56,844 bases of DNA. Origin: Candidatus Limnocylindrales bacterium (lineage in GTDB: Bacteria > Chloroflexota > Limnocylindria > Limnocylindrales > CSP1-4). Under the pieces are notes generated by a model, which had not been told where the DNA came from, did no database searches, and saw only the letters and a list, made by a program, of their open reading frames with translations. Made by a program: the position numbers and the translations under genes. Position 1 is the first letter of the stretch, and each line of letters begins with the position of its first letter. This document shows, piece after piece, positions 20,552 through 30,907 of the stretch. The stretch is taken from NCBI GenBank assembly GCA_036561685.1, contig DATBOX010000141.1, positions 1-56,844 of the forward strand, given 5' to 3'.

Positions 20552-21430
20552 GTGCAGAATGCGTCGATGCCGCGACTCCAGCGCAAGAGTTTCGCCACAC
20601 CCGACGAGGTCCGGCCCTTCGAGCACGGCCGCATCGATGTCGTCCACCTGGACGAGACCGCCCTCGCCCGACTGATCTACCAGCCGGGCTGGCGCTGGTC
20701 GACCGACGTCGCCCCGATCATCGGCGGGACGTCCTGCCAGAACCGCCACGTGGGCTATGTCATCTCCGGCCGCCTTCACGTGATGCTGGATGACGGCACC
20801 GAGCTGGAGCTCCGCGCCGACGACGCCTACGAGATCCCGCCCGGTCACGACGCGTGGGTCGTCGGCGACGAGGTGTGGGACGTCATCGAGTTCGCCAGCG
20901 CCCGGGTCTACGGGGTGCGGCCGGATGCGGCGGAGGAGCGGACCGTCGCCACGATCCTCTTCACCGACATCGTCGACTCCACCGCCACCGTGGAGCGCGT
21001 CGGTGACGCCGCGTGGCGGACGATGCTGCTGGACCACAACGACCAGATGCGGGCCCAGCTGGATCGTTTCCGCGGGCGCGAGATCACGACCACGGGCGAC
21101 GGCTTCGTGGCCGTGTTCGACGGGGCGGCCCGGGCCGTGCACTGCGCGGCCGCGATGCGTGCTGCAGCTGGTGGCCTCGGCCTGCCCATCCGCGCCGGCC
21201 TGCACACGGGCGAGGTGGAGCTCACCGGCGGCAACGCACGCGGCGTCGCCGTCCATGCCGCAGCCCGCGTCGCGGCGCTGGCCGGCCCGGGCGAGATCCT
21301 GGTCTCCTCCACGACGCACGACCTGCTGGAGGGCTCCGGCCTGCAGTTCGCCGATCGCGGCCGGCACGTCCTGAAGGGCCTGGACGGGGAGCGGCAGGTG
21401 TACCTCCTGGTCGAGCCCGGGCCGGCGTAG
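20552..21430 (+). CDS. Cupin domain fused to a class III adenylate/guanylate cyclase catalytic domain
   Basis: N-terminal cupin (HVGYVISGRLHVMLDDGTELELRADDAYEIPPGHDAWV). C-terminal ATILFTDIVDSTA...TTGDGFVAVF...RAGLHTGEVE...GVAVHAAARV. Start is GTG 20552 or ATG 20567. Confidence 0.82.
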   Translation: MQNASMPRLQRKSFATPDEVRPFEHGRIDVVHLDETALARLIYQPGWRWSTDVAPIIGGTSCQNRHVGYVISGRLHVMLDDGTELELRADDAYEIPPGHDAWVVGDEVWDVIEFASARVYGVRPDAAEERTVATILFTDIVDSTATVERVGDAAWRTMLLDHNDQMRAQLDRFRGREITTTGDGFVAVFDGAARAVHCAAAMRAAAGGLGLPIRAGLHTGEVELTGGNARGVAVHAAARVAALAGPGEILVSSTTHDLLEGSGLQFADRGRHVLKGLDGERQVYLLVEPGPA

Positions 21431-22267
21431 GTGCTGGTCGGTCTCGACCACCTCATCGTGGCCGTCGCGGACCTCGACGAGGCAGCCGAGCACGTGGGGT
21501 CGTCGCTGGGCCTGGAGGTGGGCGGTGGCGGCCAGCATCCGGCGCTTGGCACGCGCAACCGGCTGGCCTGGTGGGGCGACTCGTACCTGGAGCTGGTGGC
21601 GATCGAGGACGCCGGAGCGGCGGCCGCGGCCGGCAACTGGTTCGGCGCGGCGGTGGCCGGGGCGCTGGCTCCAACCCGAGCCTCCGGAGACCCATCGCCA
21701 CTCGATGGCGTTCATGGCGCGCCCGTGGGGCTGGCCCTGGTGAGCGACGACCTGGTCGCGGACGCCGCCGTCACCCGGTCCGCCGAGATCACCAACGGCC
21801 AGCGGACGCGACCTGATGGACGGGTCGTCAGGTGGCGCATGGCACGGCCCGGCGGCGCGGCGGGCCCTCGCGCGGGCGCGGCGGGCCCTCGCGCGGGCGC
21901 GGCGGGCGCCTGGCCGACCATATTCATGATCGAGCACGACAGCACGGCGGCCGAGTGGTCCGACGCAGAACGCGCGGAACGGGCGGCGGCGATCCACCCG
22001 CTGGGGACGCCCGTCCGGCTGCGCGTCGTGACGGTTGGCGTGCCCTCGGTCACGGGGACCGTCGGGCGCCTCGGCCGGGAGTTCGCGATCCTCTTCCGCC
22101 CCGCCCTCGTGGGCGGCGGCGCCCGGGACGCATCGCTCGGACGGCAGACGCTGCGCATCGCCCCGGCACGCCCCGGAGAACCCATCCTGACGATCGACCT
22201 CCAGGGTGGCCACGAGTCCCGTGAGCTCGACCTGCTCGGCTGCCGCTGGCGCCTTAGTCCCGCCTGA
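21431..22267 (+). CDS. VOC / glyoxalase-like domain protein
   Basis: LDHLIVAVADLDEAAEH...GTRNRLAWWGDSYLELVAIED. GTG start abuts the upstream TAG. Confidence 0.68.
   Translation: MLVGLDHLIVAVADLDEAAEHVGSSLGLEVGGGGQHPALGTRNRLAWWGDSYLELVAIEDAGAAAAAGNWFGAAVAGALAPTRASGDPSPLDGVHGAPVGLALVSDDLVADAAVTRSAEITNGQRTRPDGRVVRWRMARPGGAAGPRAGAAGPRAGAAGAWPTIFMIEHDSTAAEWSDAERAERAAAIHPLGTPVRLRVVTVGVPSVTGTVGRLGREFAILFRPALVGGGARDASLGRQTLRIAPARPGEPILTIDLQGGHESRELDLLGCRWRLSPA
21856..21907 (+). repeat. In-frame 21-nt tandem repeat, ~2.5 copies (AAGPRAG units) inside the VOC protein linker
   Basis: cgcggcgggccctcgcgcggg at 21856-21876 and 21877-21897, with a partial third copy. Confidence 0.9.
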
Positions 22268-22316
22268 CGCCCCGTCGCGGAAGCCCGCGCCAAGAGGCGT
22301 GCGTCAGGCTCCACCC

Positions 22317-23048
22317 ATGGACGACCAACAGGTTGGGGCGGCGATGCGGGCTGTGCGCATCAAACGTCGGTGGCGCCAGGCGGATGTGTCGGCCCGGGCC
22401 GGCGTCGACGCGTCGCTGATCTCGCGGCTGGAGCGAGGTCACCTGGATCGCCTGTCCCTGGTGAGCCTCCGCCGGATCGCTGCGACCCTCGATATCCGGC
22501 TGGAGGTGTGGGCCCGGTGGCGTGGTGGCGAGCTGGACCGGATGGTCAACGCGCGCCACAGCGAACTCCACGAAGTGGTCGCGCGCTTCCTGCAGGCCGT
22601 TGGCTGGCAGCCCGCGCCCGAGGTCTCGTTCAGCATCTACGGCGAACGGGGCGTCATCGACATCTTCGCCTGGCATGCTGCGTCCGGCAGCTTGCTGGTG
22701 ATCGAACTCAAGACGGCGATCGTCGACGTGCAGGAGCTCGTGGGGACGCTCGATCGGAAGGTCCGTCTCGCCCCGCGGATCGCCGCGGAGCGTGGCTGGC
22801 ACGCGCGCACGGTCAGTGCGTGGGTAGTGGTAGCGACCGGCAGGACCAATCGACGTCGGATCGCTGCCCACCGCACGATGCTGCGCGCCGCCTACCCGAC
22901 GGACGGCAGGGGCATCCGAGCCTGGCTCCGTCGCCCGCGTGAGCCGGTCAGGGCCCTCTCGATATGGCCAGATCTGGCTCCGGGGCACGTTAGACCACGA
23001 CTCTCGCCCGTTCGGCGGGTGCGGACAACAGGCCATGGCCCTATCTGA
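22317..23048 (+). CDS. XRE-type HTH domain fused to a PD-(D/E)xK (YraN/restriction-endonuclease-like) domain
   Basis: HTH: IKRRWRQADVSARAGVDASLISRLERG. Nuclease-like core: GERGVIDIFAW(x9)LLVIELKT, a D...ExK pattern. ATG 22317. Confidence 0.68.
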   Translation: MDDQQVGAAMRAVRIKRRWRQADVSARAGVDASLISRLERGHLDRLSLVSLRRIAATLDIRLEVWARWRGGELDRMVNARHSELHEVVARFLQAVGWQPAPEVSFSIYGERGVIDIFAWHAASGSLLVIELKTAIVDVQELVGTLDRKVRLAPRIAAERGWHARTVSAWVVVATGRTNRRRIAAHRTMLRAAYPTDGRGIRAWLRRPREPVRALSIWPDLAPGHVRPRLSPVRRVRTTGHGPI

Positions 23049-23136
23049 GCGTGGAATCGCCGGGCGAGGATCCGTCCGGGCCACCTCAAGGGTTCGAAAA
23101 CGGCCCTAACGTGCCCCCCAGTCAAGTCTGGCCAGG

Positions 23137-23172
23137 TGCTTTGGCGCAGCGGTGTGCTTTGGCGCAGTGGTG
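23137..23172. repeat. 18-nt tandem direct repeat x2 (GTGCTTTGGCGCAGYGGT) in a convergent intergenic region
   Basis: gtgctttggcgcag at 23137-23150 and 23155-23168. The local sequence is visibly less GC-rich than its surroundings. Confidence 0.85.
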
Positions 23173-23236
23173 CGTAGGACCCGGTTTGGGCTCGGCGCAG
23201 GTGCGGCGAGTGCCCGAGCGACCGGCCCCGCTGCGG

Positions 23237-24412
23237 CTAGAGGTTGCCGCGGCGAGCCTGTTCGATCTCGATGGCCTCGAAGAGCGCCTTGAAGTTGCCG
23301 ACACCGAAGCCGCGGGAGCCGTGGCGCTCGATGATCTCGAAGAAGAAGGTAGGCCGGTCCTGGATGGGCCGCGTGAAGATCTGGAGGAGGAAGCCCTCTT
23401 CGTCCCGGTCGGCCTCGATGCCCAGCTCCTCGAGCGTGGCCATGGGCACGCCGACGTCGCCGACGCGGTCGGCGAGCTGCTCGTAGTAGGCGTGCGGCAT
23501 GCCCAGGAACTCGACGCCCAGCTCGCGCAGTCGGCGCACGGTGGCCACGATGTCCTCCGTGCGCAGGGCGATGTGCTGCGTGCCGGAGTCCAGGTAGTAG
23601 TCCAGGAACTCCTGGATCTGGCTCTTCTTGCGCCCCGCGGCCGGCTCGTTGATGGGGAACTTGACGCGCCCGTTGCCGTTGGTCATGACCTTGGACATCA
23701 GCGCGCTGTACTCGGTGTGGATGACCCTGTCGTCGTAGTGGATGAGCTGGCTGAAGCCAAAGACGTCCCGGTAGTAGTCGACGAAGCGGTTCATGTCGCC
23801 GAGCTCGACGTTGCCCACGCAGTGGTCGATCTCCAGCAGGCTCAGGCCCCTGGCGGCCGCGGCCGGGCGCTTGATGCGCCGGTAGCCGGGGGCGAACACG
23901 CCGTGGTAGTCGGAGCGGTCGACGAAGGAGTGGACCACCTCGCCGTACGTATGGACGGCTGATCGGCGCAGCGTGCCGTCCTCGCCGCCCGCCAGCTCGA
24001 CCGGCTCCAGGTAGCTTCGCGCCCCGCGCGTCGTGGTCTCGCGCCACGAGGCGGCAACGTCGTCGACGGCGAACGCGATGTCATGGACCCCGTCGCCGTG
24101 GCGGTGCACGTGTTCGGCGATCTCGCCCTCCGGCGACAGCGCCCCGGTCAGGACGAGGCGGATGTCGTTCTGGGCCATGACGTAGGAGGCTCGGTCGCGG
24201 ACGCCGGTCTCCAGGCCGGCGTAGGCGATGGGCGTGAAGCCCCACAGAGCCCGGAAGTAGGCCGCGGCCTGGCGGGCATTGCCGACCCAGAACTCGACGT
24301 GGTCGAGACCCTTGAGGGGCAGGAAGTCCTGTGCCTCGGCGTAGGCGTTGGGGTTGACGTGCGCGCCGGACTGGTTCGCCGCGCCCTGGCGGCGCTCGAT
24401 GGTCTCGGTCAT
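23237..24412 (-). CDS. hppD: 4-hydroxyphenylpyruvate dioxygenase
   Basis: LDHVEFWVGNARQAAAYF start and the C-terminal FFEIIERHGSRGFGVGNFKALFEAIEIEQARRGNL signature. Confidence 0.93.
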   Translation of the reverse strand: MTETIERRQGAANQSGAHVNPNAYAEAQDFLPLKGLDHVEFWVGNARQAAAYFRALWGFTPIAYAGLETGVRDRASYVMAQNDIRLVLTGALSPEGEIAEHVHRHGDGVHDIAFAVDDVAASWRETTTRGARSYLEPVELAGGEDGTLRRSAVHTYGEVVHSFVDRSDYHGVFAPGYRRIKRPAAAARGLSLLEIDHCVGNVELGDMNRFVDYYRDVFGFSQLIHYDDRVIHTEYSALMSKVMTNGNGRVKFPINEPAAGRKKSQIQEFLDYYLDSGTQHIALRTEDIVATVRRLRELGVEFLGMPHAYYEQLADRVGDVGVPMATLEELGIEADRDEEGFLLQIFTRPIQDRPTFFFEIIERHGSRGFGVGNFKALFEAIEIEQARRGNL

Positions 24413-25407
24413 GGCGGTACCTCCCTGGAGCTACCCGCGAAGGCGCCCATCCTACCCCCGTCGCCGACGCGGCCCGTCTCCGCCAGCAGGACCGCCCCGA
24501 TGACCAGCGCCCCGCCCAGCAGCTGGACGGGGGTCAGCGCCTCGCCGAAGAGCAGGGTCGCCAGCACGATCGTGTAGACCGGCTCGATCGTGCTCAGCAG
24601 CGACGCCCGTGCGGCGCCGATGCGGCGGGCCCCCGCGTAGAACGACTGCATCGACAGGGCCATCGAGACGACGCCCAGGCCCACCAAGCCGAACCATGCG
24701 CCGCTGGGGACGCGATCCGGCGTGACGGGCTCACCGGAAAGCACGGCGATGACGGCGTACACGGCCAGCGCGCTCGTCATCATCAGGGCGGCCGCGGGTG
24801 CCGGGTCGGTCGCCTCGACCCCCTCCATGGCCTCGGGCGGGGCCGGATCACGCGGCGTCCGGCGCTCGCCGCCGAGGCGTGCCGCCAGCACCACCCAGAC
24901 GGCGTAGATGACGCCGCCGGCCAGGGCGAGGGCGATACCCGTGGCCGGCGGCGCGTGCGAGGGGTCGATACCGCCCACGACGAGCACGATCCCGGCCACG
25001 GCCAGGCCCAGGGCGATCCACGGCCGGCGACCCTCGAGCGGCCGCCCGACCCGCAGGGCCATCACGGCGACGAGCACCGGATAGATGTAGACGAGCAGCG
25101 CGGCCAGTGAGGCGGAGACGGTCTCCAGGGCGGCGTAGTACGTGCTGGTGTTGCCCACGTACATGATGCCGAGCGCCCCCAGGACGGCCCACCGCCGCCT
25201 CGACAGGCGGCGCAGGGCCCGGCGGTTCGGGGCCCGGGCAAGGAGCCATGCCCAGGACACGAGGGCCGCGATGAGGAAGCGCCAGTAGAGCAGCGCCTTC
25301 CAGTCAAGGCCTGCGGCGTACACCGGTTTGGCGAACAGGGCGCCCGATCCGAAGGCACACGCCGAGACGATGACCAGGACCAGGCCGACCGTGCGGCCGC
25401 GGTTCAG
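24409..25407 (-). CDS. DMT/EamA-family transporter (start probably CTG 25407 in a CTGA overlap with the upstream stop)
   Basis: 10-TM EamA-like pattern. TM1 (GLVLVIVSACAFGSGALFAKPVY) lies upstream of the first GTG (25323), with no ATG/GTG/TTG in frame. ATGA overlap with hppD. Confidence 0.74.
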   Translation of the reverse strand: MNRGRTVGLVLVIVSACAFGSGALFAKPVYAAGLDWKALLYWRFLIAALVSWAWLLARAPNRRALRRLSRRRWAVLGALGIMYVGNTSTYYAALETVSASLAALLVYIYPVLVAVMALRVGRPLEGRRPWIALGLAVAGIVLVVGGIDPSHAPPATGIALALAGGVIYAVWVVLAARLGGERRTPRDPAPPEAMEGVEATDPAPAAALMMTSALAVYAVIAVLSGEPVTPDRVPSGAWFGLVGLGVVSMALSMQSFYAGARRIGAARASLLSTIEPVYTIVLATLLFGEALTPVQLLGGALVIGAVLLAETGRVGDGGRMGAFAGSSREVPP

Positions 25408-25922
25408 CCGATGATCTCCAGGATGTGGCCGAAGACGTCACGCGCGGAGACGATCCCGGTGGGGTGGCCTTCGCGAGTGAGAGGGATGTGGCGGAAGCCG
25501 CCGACGGCCATCTTGTGGATGGCGACGGCGATCGAGTCGTCCTCGCGGAGCACGACCGGGTCGGCCGTCATCAGCTCGCCGACCGGCGCATCCATCGTGC
25601 CCTGGGTCGCGCCGGCGACCTTGAGCAGCGCGTCGCGCTCGGTGAAGATGCCGACCAGGCGGCCGTCGCGGGTCACCAGGACCGAGCCCACGCCGGCCGC
25701 CTGCATGGCGGCGATGGCCTCGCGCACGGGGGCCGTGGCGGGCAGCATGATCGGGTCGCGGTGGCCCAGGTCGCTCAGGTGCTCGGTGACGAGGCGGCGC
25801 TCCAGGGGCGTTTCGGGCGTGGGCAGGTCGGCCGAGCGCAGGTCTGCGCCGCAGTTGTCGCACGCATCCGAGCCCTCGATGTTGTCGGCGTGGCAGACGG
25901 GGCAGATCATTCGACGGTCCAC
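25404..25922 (-). CDS. Zinc-ribbon plus tandem CBS domain protein
   Basis: CPVCHADN...CDNCGADL followed by a CBS pair. Confidence 0.8.
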   Translation of the reverse strand: MDRRMICPVCHADNIEGSDACDNCGADLRSADLPTPETPLERRLVTEHLSDLGHRDPIMLPATAPVREAIAAMQAAGVGSVLVTRDGRLVGIFTERDALLKVAGATQGTMDAPVGELMTADPVVLREDDSIAVAIHKMAVGGFRHIPLTREGHPTGIVSARDVFGHILEIIG

Positions 25923-26946
25923 GCGTCGCCGCTGCGCAGCAGCGCGGCCAGGTCGCCCTCGCCGCGCTGGGCGATGGCCTTGTCGATCTGCGCGGTCAGC
26001 AGTTCGTCGTGCGTGGGCCGGCTCACGTCACGGAAGACGCCCACCGGCACGGGGAAGTCCGGCCACCACATGCGCGAGAGCATGAAGGCGAGGTAGGGGT
26101 CGGGCGCGGCCTCGTCGTGCACGAGCAGGTCCGCCTCGCTCACGCCCTCGCCAAGCTGCACCACTTCCGGCTGGAGGCCGCGGAGGCGGATGCCGCGGTC
26201 GCGGTCCTTGCCGAAGATCATGGGCTGGCCGTGCTGCAGCACCAGCATCCGATCCTCGCGGACCTCCCGGTCGGTGAACTCGCGGTAGGCCCCATCGTTG
26301 AAGATGTTGCAGTTCTGGAGGACCTCGGTGAAGGCCGAGCCGCGGTGGCGTCCCGCTCGCTCAAGGGTCGTCTGGAGATGCTCGGTGTGGGTGTCGACCG
26401 AGCGGGCGACGAACGTCGCCTCGGCCGCCAGGGCGATGGACAGCGGGATGACCGGATGGTCGATGGTGCCCTCGGGACTCGACTTCGTGCGCTTACCCAT
26501 CTCCGAGGTCGGTGAGGCCTGGCCCTTGGTCAGGCCGTAGATGCGGTTGTTGAACATCACCAGCTTGAGGTCCACGTTGCGCCGCATCGAGTGGAGGACG
26601 TGGTTGCCGCCGATGCTGAGCGCATCGCCGTCACCGGTGATGACCCACACCATGAGGTCGGGACGGGCCGCCTTGAGGCCGGTCGCCAGCGTCGGCGCCC
26701 GACCGTGGATGGTGTGGAAGCCGTAGGTGTTCATGTAGTACGGCAGGCGGCCGCTGCAGCCGATGCCTGAGATGAAGACGATCTTCTCCTTGGGGTACCC
26801 GAAGTCGGGCATCGTCTTCTGGGTCTGGGCCAGGATCGAGTAGTCGCCGCAGCCGGGGCACCAGCGCACTTCCTGGTCGGACACGAAGTCCTTGCGGGTC
26901 AGCTGGATCACGGCCGCGTTCTCGGCGCTCAGGCCGTCGAGCGCCG

Positions 26947-26950
<4 letters not shown>
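25907..26950 (-). CDS. korB: 2-oxoglutarate/2-oxoacid:ferredoxin oxidoreductase beta subunit
   Basis: WCPGCGDYSIL and the TPP-binding GDGDALSIGGNH motif. Confidence 0.9.
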
Positions 26951-28805
<1,855 letters not shown>

Positions 28806-28809
<4 letters not shown>

Positions 28810-29303
28810 GCGCCTTCCGGCTCCTCCAGGCGTTGGTGCGGCCGCGGTGGCAGGTTGAGGATCTCCTCGGGGAACGCCTCCGCGATGTAGGCCAGGATGT
28901 CCTGCTGGCGCAGGGTCAGGACGGGGCGACCCTCGGGGTCGACGATCGGCACGTGCCGGAACCGGCCGCGATCCATCAGGTGGGCGGCATCGCCCAGCGT
29001 GGCGTCCTCCGTGAGGGTCTGGGGCCGGGGCTTCATGAACGCGTCGACGGGCGCATCGGACGCCACGTCGTGGCCGAGCACCTTGAGCAGCACGTCGCGC
29101 TCGGTGAAGATGCCCTCAAGCCGGCCGTCGCGGACGACGAGGGCGGGCTCGCCGCGGGCCGCGCGCATGCGCTGGATGGCGGCCGCGACGGTCGTGCCGC
29201 TCTCCACGAGCAGGGGCGCGCGCTGCGCCAGGGCGGTGACCTTCTCGGCGTGCAGCGAGCGTGCGGTGGGGGCGGTCATGGTGCCCTCGCGACTCGTGCT
29301 CAC
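28806..29303 (-). CDS. Tandem CBS domain protein
   Basis: 165-aa CBS pair with a GTGA overlap with korA. Start is GTG 29303 or ATG 29279. Confidence 0.8.
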
Positions 29304-29328
29304 GCTCGCAGTGTAGTCTCACTCTGCG

Positions 29329-29712
29329 ATGGGCACTCGACTCGAAGCCGGTCCCGCACGCGTCCTGGTGGCCGCGGACGATCTCATCTGGGCGTCGCGA
29401 CTCCGTGGCGCCGTCGAGCGGGCCGGGGCCGTCCCGGTGGCCGGCCCCCGGGCGGCAGCCGCTTCCGAGCCGGACGACGGCGACGGGCCGCACGGCGCCG
29501 TGGTGGACCTGGGGCTGCGGGGGCAGGACGCGACCGCGCTGATCACCGCCCTCGTCGCGGCCGGCGTGCCGGTCATCGCGGTCGGTCAGCACGACGACCT
29601 GGCCCTGCGCAAGCGTGCGCTCTCCGCCGGGGCGACCCGGGTGTACAGCTACGACAAGCTGTTCCGCGACGGGCCCGGCGTCATCCGCGCGTGGCTGGAC
29701 GGCGTCAAGTGA
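29329..29712 (+). CDS. Single-domain CheY-like receiver protein
   Basis: VLVAADD (acidic pair), AVVDL (acceptor Asp position), VIAVG and YSYDKL (Lys), spaced as in receiver domains. No output domain. Confidence 0.55.
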   Translation: MGTRLEAGPARVLVAADDLIWASRLRGAVERAGAVPVAGPRAAAASEPDDGDGPHGAVVDLGLRGQDATALITALVAAGVPVIAVGQHDDLALRKRALSAGATRVYSYDKLFRDGPGVIRAWLDGVK

Positions 29713-30872
29713 CCGTCCGGCCCGATCGTGGGGAGCGCTACGCGGCGCGACTGGCGGTCGCCCGCGAGGCGATGCGCGACGCCGGCGTGGCGGCGATGCT
29801 GGTCGGCCCGGGCGCCGACCTGCGCTGGCTGACCGGATACGGGCCACTCCCGCTGGAGCGCCTCACCTTGCTGGTGCTGCCGGCCGAGGGCCCCATCACG
29901 CTGCTCGCGCCGCGACTGGAGGCGGCGGGGGCGGAGGCCAGCCCGGCGGTCCGAGCGGGTGGGGTGGCCGTGGTCACGTGGGAAGAGACGGCGGACCCGT
30001 ACGAAGCGGTCGCCAGGGCGCTGCCGAGGAGCCGCGGCACCGGCGGGCCGGAGCGCCTGCTCGTCTCGCCGACCGTGTGGGCGATGCACCTGCTGCGCCT
30101 CCAGGCGGCGCGGCCCGATGCGACGTGGGGGCTGGCCACGACCGCCCTGCGGGCCGCGCGCATGGTCAAGGACGCCGAGGAAGTCGCGCTCCTGCGCGAG
30201 GCGGCCCACGCGGCCGACGCCGTCGTGCTGGCCATCGCCGGTGGCCGCCTGGTGGACCGCACGGAGGCCGACGTGGCGCACGAGGTCCGCCGCCGGCTCG
30301 TCGAAGCGGGTCACGATGAGGCCGCCTTCTGGATCGTGGGCAGCGGGCCCAACTCGGCCGAGCCGCATCACGAGCCGGGCGATCGCCGCATCGGCCCGGG
30401 CGAGCCGATCGTGCTCGACATCGGCGGCGTTCGGCGGGGCTACTGCTCAGACACGACGCGGACCATCTGGGTCACCGGCGGCGACCCGGCCTTCGGTCCC
30501 GACAGCACGTTCGCGGGCCTCTATGACGTCCTCCAGGGGGCTCACGGGGCCGCCGTCGCGGCGGTCCGGCCGGGGGTGCCGGCCGAGGCCGTCGACGCGG
30601 CCGCGCGTGAGCCCATCACGGCCGCCGGCTACGGGGCGCAGTTCATCCACCGGACCGGCCACGGCATCGGCCTGGAAGGGCACGAGGAGCCCTACCTGGT
30701 CGCCGGCAACGCCGAGCCGCTGGCCGTCGGCCACGCCTTCAGCATCGAGCCCGGCATCTACCTCGAGGGCCGTTACGGGGCGCGCATCGAAGACATCGTG
30801 GTGTGCGGCCTGGAGGGGGCGGACGTCCTGGATGCGACGCCACGCGACCTCTATGTCGTGAGCGGCCTGTGA
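29709..30872 (+). CDS. M24-family Xaa-Pro aminopeptidase/dipeptidase
   Basis: Creatinase-like N domain plus the pita-bread domain (VLDIGG...YCSDTTRT...HRTGHGIGLEGHEEPY...FSIEPGIY...ARIED). GTG 29709 in a GTGA overlap with the receiver gene. Confidence 0.86.
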   Translation: MTVRPDRGERYAARLAVAREAMRDAGVAAMLVGPGADLRWLTGYGPLPLERLTLLVLPAEGPITLLAPRLEAAGAEASPAVRAGGVAVVTWEETADPYEAVARALPRSRGTGGPERLLVSPTVWAMHLLRLQAARPDATWGLATTALRAARMVKDAEEVALLREAAHAADAVVLAIAGGRLVDRTEADVAHEVRRRLVEAGHDEAAFWIVGSGPNSAEPHHEPGDRRIGPGEPIVLDIGGVRRGYCSDTTRTIWVTGGDPAFGPDSTFAGLYDVLQGAHGAAVAAVRPGVPAEAVDAAAREPITAAGYGAQFIHRTGHGIGLEGHEEPYLVAGNAEPLAVGHAFSIEPGIYLEGRYGARIEDIVVCGLEGADVLDATPRDLYVVSGL

Positions 30873-30907
30873 CGGTGCGGGGCGGGCGGCTCGGCTAGAG
30901 TCCGCCT

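Noticed and set aside
20228-22213. 661-aa ORF antisense to the cyclase and VOC genes
   Set aside because: Low-complexity Arg/Ala/Gly/Pro translation. It spans two well-supported plus-strand genes and part of the FAH gene in another frame.
23084-23100. GGTTCGAAAA resembling a tRNA T-loop, considered as a tRNA or att fragment
   Set aside because: There is no flanking T-stem complementarity, no acceptor or anticodon arms, and no integrase nearby.
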